Origin: an uncultured Methanomicrobiales archaeon
GTDB taxonomy: Archaea; Thermoplasmatota; Thermoplasmata; Methanomassiliicoccales; Methanomethylophilaceae
DNA length: 64,000 bases
Direction of reading: 5' to 3'
Assembly: GCA_937892275.1 (NCBI GenBank)
Contig: CALAVG010000112.1
Location: forward strand, 260-64,259
The notes under the pieces were generated by a model. The model saw only the letters and a program-made list of their open reading frames with translations. It made no database searches and was not told where the DNA came from. Both the position numbers and the translations under genes were made by a program. Below, piece after piece: positions 26,756 to 37,492 of the stretch (positions are counted from its first letter, which is position 1; each line of letters starts with the position of its first letter).

Positions 26756-27415
26756 ACCGTTGGAGAATTTAGGGGACATTCCGACACCTATGTTGGCGCG
26801 TCCGTCTTTGGGGATTATCCATCCGTATGCTCCGGGTGCGATGCCTCCGAAGAACATCTTCATGCTGTTCCCGAAATCCCCTTTGACCTGTGCCGTGACC
26901 GCAGGATAGGGATTCCTATTTTTCGTAAGACCCAGATTCTGTGCGACCTTGGATCCGGGACCGTCGGCCCCGACGATGACCTTGTACTTGATGTCGCCCT
27001 TGCTAGTCTTGGCTATCCCGCCTTCGATGCCATAGAACACATGGTCGGTGCTCGGAACGGCGCCCTCCTCCTGGGCGAGCTTGGCAAGATACTGGTCGAA
27101 TCTATCCCTGTCGGTGGTGTATCCGCTGAACTCGAGCTTTGTGGTCTTTCCGGCAGGATTGATCAAGTCTATCCCGTTGATATCGATGCAACGGAGCTCG
27201 TCGGGGATGTCGAAGAGAGATGCCTCATCCTTCAGCTTAGGGAACATGTCGACGATCTCCTCGTCGGAAGGCATGAACTCACCGCATCTGACAGGCACAC
27301 CTATCTCCGGGCGCCTCTCCAGGAACATCACGCTGACGTCTTTCTTCGCAGCGTATCTGGATGTGATGCTTCCGGCGGGTCCGGACCCTACAACAAGTAC
27401 ATCGACCTCGTCCAT
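26330..27415 (-). CDS. Geranylgeranyl reductase family protein
   Basis: 'VVGSGPAGS', 'PVRCGE', 'DRDRFD', 'YGWIIPK', 'GDAAG...GGGI'. Confidence 0.9.
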   Translation of the reverse strand: MDEVDVLVVGSGPAGSITSRYAAKKDVSVMFLERRPEIGVPVRCGEFMPSDEEIVDMFPKLKDEASLFDIPDELRCIDINGIDLINPAGKTTKLEFSGYTTDRDRFDQYLAKLAQEEGAVPSTDHVFYGIEGGIAKTSKGDIKYKVIVGADGPGSKVAQNLGLTKNRNPYPAVTAQVKGDFGNSMKMFFGGIAPGAYGWIIPKDGRANIGVGMSPKFSNGSLKSYFEKFTERNGLKPETRIVGKYVPSEGPIAKTVSGNGMVVGDAAGQVISVNGGGIPLAMIAGRICGNVAADNVLKGTSLQTYETQWRDVMEAPLKTAAFNKKLADTFAFRSDFTTKMCMGILGKRRMANLIRCKRIFP

Positions 27416-27423
27416 GTTATCCC

Positions 27424-28371
27424 TCAGAGCGTTCCAATGAATTCGAGCAGTGCTGCCCTGTATCTGTCGTCCGGAAGACTCGAGAGGATCTCAGAGGCCT
27501 TCCTCTTGCAGTCCTCGATCACTTCCTTGCATTTGAAGACAGCATTGCTGGACTTTATCGAATTAGCCACTGCGATTGCATCCTTCAGTGCCAATTCGGT
27601 GTTGGTGTACGCATCCCTAACGGCCTGTCCGATGACGCTGTCGTTCATGGCGTGGAACATAATCAATGTCGGTGTTCCTGTGAGCAGCGTGTGGCAGCGG
27701 GGTTTATCCCCATCTCCGAACAGGTCCTCCATGTCCCTGTGGATCTGGATGGCCGTACCGATGTGGCATCCGCATAGCCCCATTCTCTTGAGAGCATCCT
27801 CGTCCGCACCGGCCTGTGCTGCGGCGCTCTCCATTATGATCTGGAATTCTATCGCATTCTTCTTCCTGATGATCTCCATCACTTTCTCGCAGGATATCTC
27901 CGGATTGCGTAAATCATTGACGATATCGAAGATGGCGTTCGTTATGGTGGCCGAGGCCTGGATCATGTACGGTACCGCCTTGGGACACGTGGAATATGCC
28001 TGGCGGAATCCCATGACGTACAGGAAATCGCCTGCCACGATCACCTTGGTGGTGGAAGGCTCCTTGGCGAAGAACTTCTTCTTTGTGGAAAGCACCTTTC
28101 CGTTCTCATCGATGAGATCGTGCATGTGCAGTCCGTCGAACGAAGCCTTGAAACAGACGGCATTGGCGACCGCCTCCTTAGGGTCCTTTCCTCCGTTCAG
28201 ATAATACGACAGGATGCTGAGAGCGGGCCTTATCTCATGATAACGATAATTCAAAGCGGCCTCGCACATATCATTGAGTTCAGGGTACGAGGACCTGATT
28301 CCTTTCTTAATCGCTTCGTCGACAGAGGCCATTTCGCCTTCTACGACAGAATACCAGCTCTGAGCCATCAT
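27424..28371 (-). CDS. Trans-polyprenyl synthetase-family protein with degenerate Asp-rich motifs
   Basis: 'IRP', 'HDLIDE', 'AGDFL', 'GTAIQIHRDMED'. Confidence 0.75.
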   Translation of the reverse strand: MMAQSWYSVVEGEMASVDEAIKKGIRSSYPELNDMCEAALNYRYHEIRPALSILSYYLNGGKDPKEAVANAVCFKASFDGLHMHDLIDENGKVLSTKKKFFAKEPSTTKVIVAGDFLYVMGFRQAYSTCPKAVPYMIQASATITNAIFDIVNDLRNPEISCEKVMEIIRKKNAIEFQIIMESAAAQAGADEDALKRMGLCGCHIGTAIQIHRDMEDLFGDGDKPRCHTLLTGTPTLIMFHAMNDSVIGQAVRDAYTNTELALKDAIAVANSIKSSNAVFKCKEVIEDCKRKASEILSSLPDDRYRAALLEFIGTL

Positions 28372-28491
28372 TGTCGTATCATCGTAGCGTACTTAATTAT
28401 TTTCAGAACAAGAGAGCCAGACCTGAAGGATATGCTCCCGATGTGATGTAGAAAGTAAGGGGTTTGGGAAAGAGGTTTATTGGATTGTGAC

Positions 28492-29976
28492 TCAAAGCAG
28501 GAACTCAGTTGCCTGCTCGCAGTATCCGAAGATCAGGTCGGGGTATACTCCCAGAACGATGACAAACACCAAACAGATCACGATTGCCACAGTGAAGATT
28601 GTGGGGATCTTGATCTTCTCGGTAGTCTCACCCTTCTCGATGTACATGGCCTTGACAACTCTTGCGTAATAGTACAGCGAGATCGCGGAGTTCAGGATGG
28701 CAATGAATGCCAGCCAGATCCAGGTTCCGTCGGCTGCTCCGGGTGTTCCCACGGCGGATGCGAACAGGAAGAACTTGGATGTGAATCCTGCGAGCGGGGG
28801 TATTCCTGCCAATGAGAACAGGAACAGCATCATCGCTGCTGCAAGGAAGGGCGACCTCTTTGCGAGTCCCTTGTAGTCCGAGATCTTCTCTCCGATGCCT
28901 GCACAGATGAGTCCTCCGACGATAAGGAAGGCTCCTCCCTTCATGAACACGTGTGTGAACATGTGGAAGATACCTGCTGCCTCTGCCTGAGGTGTCATGA
29001 CCGCCAGGATGATCAGGATGTATCCTGCCTGCGCGATCGATGAGTATGCCAGCATCCTCTTGATGTTGGGCTGTGCGATTGCAACGACGTTACCGACGGT
29101 CATCGTGATGGCCGCGATGATGGCGAAGATGTACTGGACGGTGAGTCCGAAGATCGATCCGACAGTAGCTGAGATGATAAACATCGCCATGAAGACCTGT
29201 ATGAAGACTGCGAGACCCATCTTCTTGGATCCTGTTGCCAGGAACATGGAGACAGGTGTTGCCGCTCCCTCGTACACATCGGGCGCCCACATGTGGAAGG
29301 GCACGGCTGCGATCTTGAATCCGTAACCGGCGATCATGCAGATCAGTCCGATTCCGAACATCCAGGTGAAGTCGTGGAATGTTACGTACAGTGCAAGGTC
29401 GTTGATCTCGAGGGATCCTGCGATTCCGTAGATCATCGAGATACCGTACAGGGTCAGTGCTGTGGACATTCCGCCGATGATGGCGTACTTGACCGCGGCC
29501 TCAGAGGCCCTGCCATCCTTCCTCTTCAATGCCACGAGAGCATAGGAAGAGATACTGGTCAGCTCGACTCCGACGAAGATCGTGAGCAGGCTGCTGGAGC
29601 TTGCCACGAACAGCATACCGAGTGTTGCGCCGAAGAGCAGTGCGTAGTATGCTCCCGAGTGGTTCTTTGTCGTCTCTGTGCTCACGTTAGAGACGAGGAC
29701 GACGAGGAACAGCACGATCAGGAACAGCATGCTCATGAGTGTGGTATAGGTGTTGAGCTTGACGCCGAGATATGTTCCCGTGACGTCGTTGGTGAGCAGG
29801 ATGACATCCGTTACGAATGAAAGGATGACCATCAGGAGCGCGACGCACCATGTCACCGTGTGCTTCTTACCGAACATCTGTACAGCGGGCATGATGAGTG
29901 CGCCGATCAGCAGGAAGATCATGGCTGCCAGAGGCGTCATGTCCCCGAATATACTGGATATGATATCAGCTGCCAT
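28492..29976 (-). CDS. fpoN: Fpo-like complex subunit N
   Basis: 'EAAVKY', 'FKIAAVPFHMWAPDVYEGA', 'KRMLAYSSIA'. Confidence 0.95.
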   Translation of the reverse strand: MAADIISSIFGDMTPLAAMIFLLIGALIMPAVQMFGKKHTVTWCVALLMVILSFVTDVILLTNDVTGTYLGVKLNTYTTLMSMLFLIVLFLVVLVSNVSTETTKNHSGAYYALLFGATLGMLFVASSSSLLTIFVGVELTSISSYALVALKRKDGRASEAAVKYAIIGGMSTALTLYGISMIYGIAGSLEINDLALYVTFHDFTWMFGIGLICMIAGYGFKIAAVPFHMWAPDVYEGAATPVSMFLATGSKKMGLAVFIQVFMAMFIISATVGSIFGLTVQYIFAIIAAITMTVGNVVAIAQPNIKRMLAYSSIAQAGYILIILAVMTPQAEAAGIFHMFTHVFMKGGAFLIVGGLICAGIGEKISDYKGLAKRSPFLAAAMMLFLFSLAGIPPLAGFTSKFFLFASAVGTPGAADGTWIWLAFIAILNSAISLYYYARVVKAMYIEKGETTEKIKIPTIFTVAIVICLVFVIVLGVYPDLIFGYCEQATEFLL

Positions 29977-29977
29977 T

Positions 29978-31480
29978 TCAAATCACCCCCGTGAAAGCGA
30001 GGAGATCGACGTAATCGTCGATGAACTGGAGAGCGCCATCGGGCCATACTCCGAAGAATGCGACGAGGATAGCGAGCACCAGCAGTACGGCGAACTCGTA
30101 GTGTCCGACATCGTGTGCCTTGCTGAGATCGATCTTCTTTGTCTCAGGTCCGAACAGTGTCCTCTGCATTGCCCACAGGTAGTATCCTGCGGTGAGCATG
30201 AGGGACAGCATACAGAACAGGAGCATCCAGATCACATCGTTCTCGAGAATGAACTCGTAGAACGCCATGATAACAGGGAACTCTCCCCAGAATCCTACGA
30301 GTCCAGGAAGTCCGAGTGAAGCCATGAATGCGATCATCATGAATGTCGCGTATATGGGCATCTTTCCTGCAAGTCCTCCGAGGAGGGGGATCTCTCTTGT
30401 ACCGACCTTGTGACCGGTCATACCGCAGACCATGAACAGCATTGCTGTGATGAGTCCGTGTGCGAACATCTGGAAGACAGCGAATGTGATTCCGGCGTCG
30501 GATAGACATCCGATACCGAGCATGACCATTCCCATGTGGCTGATGGACGAGAATGCGACCATCTTCTTCAGGTCGGTCTGTGCGATACATCCGTATGCTC
30601 CGTAGATGATGGACACCAGAGCGATAGCGATGATGACCCACTGCCAGTAGGCTGCCGCGTCGGGCAGAGCCTCGATACAGATACGGATGATACCGTATGA
30701 TCCCATCTTAAGCATGACACCGGCCAGAAGGACGGATCCCTCGGTAGGTGCCTCTGTGTGTGCATCCGGAAGCCAGGTATGGAAGGGAACGGAAGGCATC
30801 TTGACCATGAATCCGAAGAACAGTAGCGCGAAGATGAGCGACTGCGTCTCGACTGCCACGGCACCGATACCGTTCTTGATCGCCTCGAAGCTGAAGTCGA
30901 CGACTCCGCCTGCTGCGACCGACTCGTATCCCATTGCGAAGATACCGATCAGCATCACGAGTGATGCCACGTGAGTGTAGATGAAGAACTTGATCGCAGA
31001 GTAATGCCTGCGAGGTCCTCCGTACCAGGAGATCATGAAGTACATCGGGATGAGAGTTACCTCCCACATGATGTAGAACAGGAAGTAGTCTGCGGCCATG
31101 TAGACCCCCATCAGACCGACCTCCATCGCCATGATCAGAGCGTAGAAGTAGTTGTTGTTCTCCCTGTGCTCGTCGAGCGAGAACACGTTGACCAGGAGAC
31201 ACAGCAGTGCAGTCAGGAAGACCATCAGGATGCTGAGTCCGTCAACTGACAGGGCATAGTTCATGATGAACGCGGATGTGTCGATCCAGACGAAGCTCTC
31301 GCCAAGGTCAGCGAAGTCGCCGAAGATACCGAACATGAGGAGCGTCGCTATGATGAGCGTAATCGCCGAGAATCCGATGGCGACATACTTGGAGTACGCC
31401 TCCCTGGATCCGCCCATAAAGAGGGCTATGATGGCACCGATGAGGGGCACCAGTATCAGACTTGAAAGTATCATACTCAT
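29978..31480 (-). CDS. fpoM: Fpo-like complex subunit M
   Basis: 'WEVTLIPMY', 'PFHTWLPDAHTEAP', 'LKMGSYG'. Confidence 0.95.
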   Translation of the reverse strand: MSMILSSLILVPLIGAIIALFMGGSREAYSKYVAIGFSAITLIIATLLMFGIFGDFADLGESFVWIDTSAFIMNYALSVDGLSILMVFLTALLCLLVNVFSLDEHRENNNYFYALIMAMEVGLMGVYMAADYFLFYIMWEVTLIPMYFMISWYGGPRRHYSAIKFFIYTHVASLVMLIGIFAMGYESVAAGGVVDFSFEAIKNGIGAVAVETQSLIFALLFFGFMVKMPSVPFHTWLPDAHTEAPTEGSVLLAGVMLKMGSYGIIRICIEALPDAAAYWQWVIIAIALVSIIYGAYGCIAQTDLKKMVAFSSISHMGMVMLGIGCLSDAGITFAVFQMFAHGLITAMLFMVCGMTGHKVGTREIPLLGGLAGKMPIYATFMMIAFMASLGLPGLVGFWGEFPVIMAFYEFILENDVIWMLLFCMLSLMLTAGYYLWAMQRTLFGPETKKIDLSKAHDVGHYEFAVLLVLAILVAFFGVWPDGALQFIDDYVDLLAFTGVI

Positions 31481-31481
31481 C

Positions 31482-33491
31482 TCAGAAACCTCCCAGTAAT
31501 GCGAATGTCACAAGGATGAGGACCGAAAGCACTGATACTCCGAACAGGACGACTGAGGAGTAATCCTGCACGTGTCCGGTCTGGACCTTGCTCATGACGT
31601 CTCCTCCGCCGACAACTGCACTGGAAAGACCGTTGACGGTACCGTCGACGACCTGCCTGTCGATGTAGTTGACTCCCTTTGCAACTCCGTAACCGAGCTT
31701 CCATGAGATCTGGTTGTAGAGGTCGGGGAACCACCACCTCTTCGTGAGAGCGGTGTAGAGCCATGATTCTCCATTCTTGTTGAATCTTCCGGGGTCTATC
31801 GTCTTCTTCACATACATCAGGTAAGCGATTCCGATACCGAGTATGGCGAGGATGATGGTCATGTAGGTGAACGGGTTGGTGAAGAGCTCGATTCCGTGCT
31901 CGACACCGTCGATTGCCTCGCCCTCGAAGGCGAGCATATCGGTGAGTCCGAAGAACATGAACAGTCCGCTGACGAGTGCGAAACATGCGAGGATGATCAA
32001 AGGTGTGGTCATCGTCTTGGGTGATTCGCCGTGGCAGTGCTGAGCGTTCTCGCGGGGCTCTCCCATGAAGGTCATGAACCACATGCGGAACATGTAGAAC
32101 GCGGTCATGAATGCGGTGATGACTGCAAGGAGCCAAAGGATGAGGAACCAAATCGCTGCTCCCTCTGCACCGTTGTTGAATGCGTTCATTGCTGTGTCGA
32201 TGACGAGATCCTTGGACCAGAATCCGCTGAAGATAGGGATTCCTGCGATTGCCAGACATCCGAAGAGCATCGTCGTGGCTGTGATCTTCATCTTCTTGAA
32301 GAGGCCTCCCATGAGCCTCATGTCCTCTGTTCCGCATCCGTGAATGACGGATCCGGAGCCCATGAACAGGAGTGCCTTGAAGAAGGCGTGGTTCATCATG
32401 TGGAAACATCCTGCGAAGAATCCGAGTGCTCCGAGCTCCTCGCATCCGAGTGCCCAAAGGTATCCTCCTGCTCCGAGCGAGAGGATCATGTATCCCAGCT
32501 GGGAGATGGTGGAGTATGCAAGGACCTTCTTGATGTTCATGTTGTTGAGTGCCATCGTTGCTGCGATGAATGCGGTGATTCCACCGATGATCGCTACGAA
32601 GAGCATGACGTTGGCGTCCTGTACGTAGAGGGGGAATCCCCTTGCGACGAGGTAGACTCCTGCCTTAACCATTGTTGCGGCGTGGATCAGCGAGGAGACC
32701 GTTGTAGGTCCGGCCATCGCATCCGGGAGCCAGTCGTGCAGAGGGAACTGTGCGCTCTTACCGATGACTCCGCCGAACATGAGGCAGAGTGCGAGGGTGA
32801 AGAGACCGGGGTTGGCTGTTGCCACTGCCTCTGCGGACTCGAACATTGCGGAGTAGTCGAGGCTGTGGAACAGGTTGAGGAAGATGAACAGTCCACCCAT
32901 GAGGCAGACGTCTCCCATACGTGTGACCAGGAATGCCTTCTTTGCGGCGGAAGCGGCGTTGGCGGATGCCTCATCACCGTTGTCGTGCCTGAAGGACCAG
33001 AATCCTATCAGCAGGTAGGAACAGAGTCCCATGACCTCCCAGAAGATGAAGAGCTCAAGGAAGTTGCTTGATACGATCAGTCCGAGCATTCCGGTAAGGA
33101 ACAGCGAGACCTCGGCATAGTATCTGTTCTTCCTCTCTCCCTGGTCGTGCATGTAGCCGATGGAGTAGATGAAGATCAGTGTCGAGATGAAGGACGAGAA
33201 CAGCATCATGACGCATGTCAGTCCGTCGACGTAGTATCCGAGGTTCAGTGTGTAATCGCCGATCTCGAACCAGCGGATCGAGCTCTCGATTGCGATACCG
33301 TTAGCGAACTCATCGCTGCCGAGGTATTCGACCGAGATGGCGAGTGCGATGAGGAACGACAGAAGCGCTCCGGCAATCGCGATGTAACCGCCTTTCTCTG
33401 GAGTCTTCTTTCCGAAGATTCCGATCATCAGGAAGCACATCATGGGGATGAAGGGTATGAGCCAAGTGAATTCAGCTATCATACTTACCAC
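31482..33491 (-). CDS. fpoL: Fpo-like complex subunit L
   Basis: 'GKSAQFPLHDWLPDAMAGPT', 'HAFFKALLF'. Confidence 0.95.
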   Translation of the reverse strand: MVSMIAEFTWLIPFIPMMCFLMIGIFGKKTPEKGGYIAIAGALLSFLIALAISVEYLGSDEFANGIAIESSIRWFEIGDYTLNLGYYVDGLTCVMMLFSSFISTLIFIYSIGYMHDQGERKNRYYAEVSLFLTGMLGLIVSSNFLELFIFWEVMGLCSYLLIGFWSFRHDNGDEASANAASAAKKAFLVTRMGDVCLMGGLFIFLNLFHSLDYSAMFESAEAVATANPGLFTLALCLMFGGVIGKSAQFPLHDWLPDAMAGPTTVSSLIHAATMVKAGVYLVARGFPLYVQDANVMLFVAIIGGITAFIAATMALNNMNIKKVLAYSTISQLGYMILSLGAGGYLWALGCEELGALGFFAGCFHMMNHAFFKALLFMGSGSVIHGCGTEDMRLMGGLFKKMKITATTMLFGCLAIAGIPIFSGFWSKDLVIDTAMNAFNNGAEGAAIWFLILWLLAVITAFMTAFYMFRMWFMTFMGEPRENAQHCHGESPKTMTTPLIILACFALVSGLFMFFGLTDMLAFEGEAIDGVEHGIELFTNPFTYMTIILAILGIGIAYLMYVKKTIDPGRFNKNGESWLYTALTKRWWFPDLYNQISWKLGYGVAKGVNYIDRQVVDGTVNGLSSAVVGGGDVMSKVQTGHVQDYSSVVLFGVSVLSVLILVTFALLGGF

Positions 33492-33793
33492 CTCATGGAT
33501 GTCAGTTTGGCATCGTCCAATTCGGTAGTCTTCCTCAACTTGTATGCGTTGAGCAGGATAGCGATTCCGACTGCGACCTCAGCGGCTGCGACGGATATGG
33601 ACATGATGACGAACGCCTGACCAGCGATATCGTAGTTGAATGCTGCGAATGTGACGAAGTTGATGTTGGCTGCGTTGAGCATGAGCTCAATGCACATCAG
33701 GACTACGATCGCGTTGGACTTTGTGAGTACACCATATGCTCCGATTACGAACAGAATCGCTGCGAGGATGAGGAAATACTCCATCGGGATCAT
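33485..33793 (-). CDS. fpoK: Fpo-like complex subunit K
   Basis: 'IELMLNA', 'AAAEVAVG'. Confidence 0.95.
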   Translation of the reverse strand: MIPMEYFLILAAILFVIGAYGVLTKSNAIVVLMCIELMLNAANINFVTFAAFNYDIAGQAFVIMSISVAAAEVAVGIAILLNAYKLRKTTELDDAKLTSMRW

Positions 33794-34098
33794 TCTTCAA
33801 CCTCCTCTTTCGAGATAACGACTCCGCCGACCATTGCGCCGAACATGAGGACGGCCAAGGGGATCAGAACGAATCCGTACTGCTCGAAAATGGCGTACGG
33901 AAGACTGTTCTCCTTCAGGTTACCGTCGGCATCGTAGATGTCCTGTGCATCGTCGTGGCTTGTGGTGAATGTAGGCAAACCCTGGGGAGAGTCGAATTCT
34001 GTTGCGAAATCGGTGGTCATGATCGCCAAGACGAGCACGACGACCAGGATACCCGCGACAATAAGGCCCTTGGTGCTTCTCTTACTCATCGGAATCAT
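33790..34098 (-). CDS. fpoJ: Fpo subunit J, C-terminal part
   Basis: 'IFEQY...LAVLMFGAMVGGVVI' matches the NuoJ C-terminal helix; operon position. Confidence 0.8.
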   Translation of the reverse strand: MIPMSKRSTKGLIVAGILVVVLVLAIMTTDFATEFDSPQGLPTFTTSHDDAQDIYDADGNLKENSLPYAIFEQYGFVLIPLAVLMFGAMVGGVVISKEEVEE

Positions 34099-34423
34099 CC
34101 TCCTTCGTTACTATGTATCTTCTAGTCAACATGACGCTGAATGCGAACAGAATGGTGATGGCACCGACGTATACCAGGATCTGGATGACTCCCAAGAACT
34201 CCGCTTCCAGGAAGAAGTAGAAGAGTCCTACGCAGAGGAAGACCAGTGCAAGGTAGAACGCACTGTGCATGACTTCCTTGTCATGTACGACATATAATGC
34301 AGCCAGGATTGTAATGGCCGCGAGGATCAGGAACGCAACCAAGTCGAGGTTCTCGAGCGCGTACGAACAGAAATCGACTATTCCGCTCCATATATCACAA
34401 ATAAAGTCCCAAATAACTCCCAT
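34082..34423 (-). CDS. fpoJ: Fpo subunit J, N-terminal part
   Basis: 'AEFLGVIQILVYVGAI'. Confidence 0.92.
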   Translation of the reverse strand: MGVIWDFICDIWSGIVDFCSYALENLDLVAFLILAAITILAALYVVHDKEVMHSAFYLALVFLCVGLFYFFLEAEFLGVIQILVYVGAITILFAFSVMLTRRYIVTKEDDSDE

Positions 34424-35163
34424 CAGAGCACCTCCTTAATCTGAAGCGCATCCTTAGGACAAGCGTCCACACAGTTCTGACAAGAGATGCACTTGGCGTT
34501 ATCGAATACAGGACGAATGATGGGCTTACCCTTGTCATTGACTCCCTTCTCTACCATCTCAACTGCGTTGACAGGGCAGACCTTGGAGCACTTCTTGCAT
34601 CCGATACATTTGCTGTCGGTGAGTTCCGGTTTGTCTACATCGAATATGAACACACGCCTCTCGGGGTTGCCGTTCTCGATGTCTGAGGGAAGTGTCACTT
34701 CCAGCTTGACCTCCATTCCGGGGGTCGTGTTGGGATAGTTCAGTCTCCTGGGTCCGTAGAGCAGATCGTACCTGGTGTACTCTGCGAGCTCGTACTCGGG
34801 TGTGACTGTCATTGCGTCGGTGGGGCAGTACTCTGCGCAGTAACCGCAGAAGGCGCACCTTCCGACATTGACCTGAGGCCTCATGACCTTGTTTCCTTCG
34901 TCGTCATCCACTTCAATGAGTTTGATGGCCTGGGTGACACACATACGTGCGCACATACCGCATCCGACGCACTTGTCGAACCTGAGTCCGGGGCGTCCGC
35001 GGTAGTTCTCCGGAATCCATTCCTTCTCATAGGGGTACAGGACTGTGACGGGCCTGTGCACGACTGTCTTGCAGAAGAGCTTGAAGACTGTCCATATGGG
35101 CTTCATGATCCAAAGGCTCTTTGCGAGGTTCTTCGGATATTTGTCCAAATATTTCATTGCCAT
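34423..35163 (-). CDS. fpoI: Fpo subunit I with extra C-terminal 2x[4Fe-4S] domain
   Basis: 'TVLYPYE', 'YRG', four CxxCxxCxxxC motifs. Confidence 0.93.
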   Translation of the reverse strand: MAMKYLDKYPKNLAKSLWIMKPIWTVFKLFCKTVVHRPVTVLYPYEKEWIPENYRGRPGLRFDKCVGCGMCARMCVTQAIKLIEVDDDEGNKVMRPQVNVGRCAFCGYCAEYCPTDAMTVTPEYELAEYTRYDLLYGPRRLNYPNTTPGMEVKLEVTLPSDIENGNPERRVFIFDVDKPELTDSKCIGCKKCSKVCPVNAVEMVEKGVNDKGKPIIRPVFDNAKCISCQNCVDACPKDALQIKEVL

Positions 35164-36332
35164 CAGTAGAACCCTCCTACCTTAAGGAATACGGCGATTG
35201 CGAGGTTGAACACGGCCAGAGGCATGAAAACCTTCCAACCGAGGTTGAGGATCTGATCGGGCCTGACACGAGCGATAGCTCCTCTGACGAGAATCATCAG
35301 GAAGAACACGAACCATGCCTTGATGAGGAACACAATCTCGGGAAGTCCAGTTCCGCCGAACACGGGGATGGTCCATCCTCCGAGGAACATGATGGCTACC
35401 ATTCCGCATGAGACAGATCCCCTGAGGTAGTCTCCGAGCATGATAAGTCCCCACTTCATTCCGGCGTACTCGGTCTGCCATCCCTCGACCAGCTCAGTCT
35501 CTGCTTCGGCGATGTCGAAGGGAGGCCTCTCACACTCTGCGATTGCGCAGAAGAAGAAGACGATGAAACCAAGTGCCATCGGGATGACGTTCCAGATCGT
35601 ATCCTGCATTGCCACGATGTCATTGATGTTGAAGCTGCCTGCGAGCAGTGAGATCGTAGCGATGATGATCAACATAGGTACTTCGTAAGATATCATAAGC
35701 TCGGCAGCCCTGATTCCTCCGATAAGGGAGTACTTGTTGTTCTGTGCCCATCCGGAAACCAGGATGAAGAACGGTGCGAGGGCGTAGAACGCCATGATGA
35801 TCAGAAGTCCGGTGTCGTAGTTGACGACGTACCACCTGTCGGACAGGGGCACCATACACGCGACGAAGCACGAGAGACCGACGATAAGCGAGACACACCA
35901 CATGTATGTCATCTTGTCGACCTTCGCAGGGATTGTGTTTTCTTTCATGAAGGTCTTGAGACCGTCCGCGACACACTGAAGGAATCCTTTCAGTCCTATC
36001 ATTGTTCCGCGCCTGTCCATCAACCTTCCGAGGACCTTACGCTCCATCCATAGGTTCAACAGAACGACGACGAATGCCACGATGAAGATGACCAGCATGA
36101 ACAGGACCAGTGCGAAGAGCACGATGACCTGATCGCATACGAGCCACTCAGAGACAGGGTTACCGGGGAACAGGAGGTTAATCAGCCAAGCGATTGTACC
36201 GCCGATGATCTCCCAGAGTCCGTAACAGATGTCATAGGGCAAGTTGTCTGACAGGAAGGGTGTGAAGGGATTCTCGTAAGGATCACCGAAGTTGATCCAA
36301 TCCAGAATTGATGTGTATTCTGCCATTTGCAC
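35163..36332 (-). CDS. fpoH: Fpo subunit H
   Basis: 'ERKVLG', 'ADGLK', 'ISYEVP', 'PFDIAEAETELVEG'. Confidence 0.95.
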   Translation of the reverse strand: MQMAEYTSILDWINFGDPYENPFTPFLSDNLPYDICYGLWEIIGGTIAWLINLLFPGNPVSEWLVCDQVIVLFALVLFMLVIFIVAFVVVLLNLWMERKVLGRLMDRRGTMIGLKGFLQCVADGLKTFMKENTIPAKVDKMTYMWCVSLIVGLSCFVACMVPLSDRWYVVNYDTGLLIIMAFYALAPFFILVSGWAQNNKYSLIGGIRAAELMISYEVPMLIIIATISLLAGSFNINDIVAMQDTIWNVIPMALGFIVFFFCAIAECERPPFDIAEAETELVEGWQTEYAGMKWGLIMLGDYLRGSVSCGMVAIMFLGGWTIPVFGGTGLPEIVFLIKAWFVFFLMILVRGAIARVRPDQILNLGWKVFMPLAVFNLAIAVFLKVGGFY

Positions 36333-37487
36333 TCACCTGTCTGTCTCTCCCAGACACATGTCGATCTGTGCCAGAACTGCGGGAACATCCGCAATCCTGA
36401 CTCCTTCGCACATGACTTTGGAGCATGAGACGTTCGTGAAGATCGGACTGCGGACCTTGAGCCTGTAGGGCTTGTCGGTACCATCCGAAGCGAGATACAT
36501 GATGGACTCTCCACGGGGGTCCTCGAGCCTTCCGAATGTGGTTCCGGCGGGGACCTTTGTAGGTGTCTTGATTCTGTAAGGTGCGTTCTTTCCGAGTGCC
36601 TCGACCTTCTTGACCGCCTGCCTGATGATATCGCAGGACTGGAACATCTCCTCGATACGGATCATGTACCTGTCGTACGTGTCTCCGACCTTGGTGTCCT
36701 TATTGAGGACAGGGACCTCGAAGTCGACCTTGTCATAGTTGTCGTAGGGATCATCACGGCGGATATCGAAATCAACACCGCATCCCCTCATCGCGGGACC
36801 GGTGAGACCCATGTTGGCACACTGCTCGCGTGTAAGGTAACTAATCTTTCTCATCCTTGATACGAAGACGGATGAGTCGTCGATCAGGTAGATGATATCC
36901 CACATCGCTTTCTCGAAGCGGTCGACTGTCCTCAGGATATCCCTATCGAACAGAGGGGTGGTGTCGTTCCTAACTCCACCGATACGGGGATAGTTCGTGG
37001 TCATCCTGGCACCGCACAGTTTGACGTTAAGGTCAAGGAAGTACTCCCTCTCCCTCATTGCCCACAGGAACACGGTCAGGTTACCCATGTCGGTTCCGAC
37101 TGCGGCGAGCCACATGAGGTGCGACTGGATACGACAAATCTCATCGGCCACGATTCTTATGTATTTGGCCTTCTCCGGAATATCGATTCCGAGGGCCTTC
37201 TCGACCGTCATACAGTAGAGATGAGAATATGTCATCGATGCACAGTAGCAAAGACGGTCCGTCATGGGGATGATCCTTGCATAATCTCTGTTCTCGGTCT
37301 CCTTCTCCCAACCGCGGTGAAGGTATCCGACGATAGGATCTGCGTCGACACAGAACTCTCCGTCGATCTTCAGCTTGAGTGTCCAAAGACCGTGAGAGAA
37401 CGGGTGCTGTGGACCCCAAATGACCCACATCTTGTCGGTGTCCATCTTCTCTTGTGCTTCTAATACTGGTACAAGTGAATCTGCCAT
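36333..37487 (-). CDS. fpoD: Fpo subunit D
   Basis: 'GPQHP', 'GYLHRGWEK', 'DRLCY', C-terminal 'GETDR'; no NiFe CxxC motifs. Confidence 0.95.
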   Translation of the reverse strand: MADSLVPVLEAQEKMDTDKMWVIWGPQHPFSHGLWTLKLKIDGEFCVDADPIVGYLHRGWEKETENRDYARIIPMTDRLCYCASMTYSHLYCMTVEKALGIDIPEKAKYIRIVADEICRIQSHLMWLAAVGTDMGNLTVFLWAMREREYFLDLNVKLCGARMTTNYPRIGGVRNDTTPLFDRDILRTVDRFEKAMWDIIYLIDDSSVFVSRMRKISYLTREQCANMGLTGPAMRGCGVDFDIRRDDPYDNYDKVDFEVPVLNKDTKVGDTYDRYMIRIEEMFQSCDIIRQAVKKVEALGKNAPYRIKTPTKVPAGTTFGRLEDPRGESIMYLASDGTDKPYRLKVRSPIFTNVSCSKVMCEGVRIADVPAVLAQIDMCLGETDR

Positions 37488-37492
37488 GTCTC

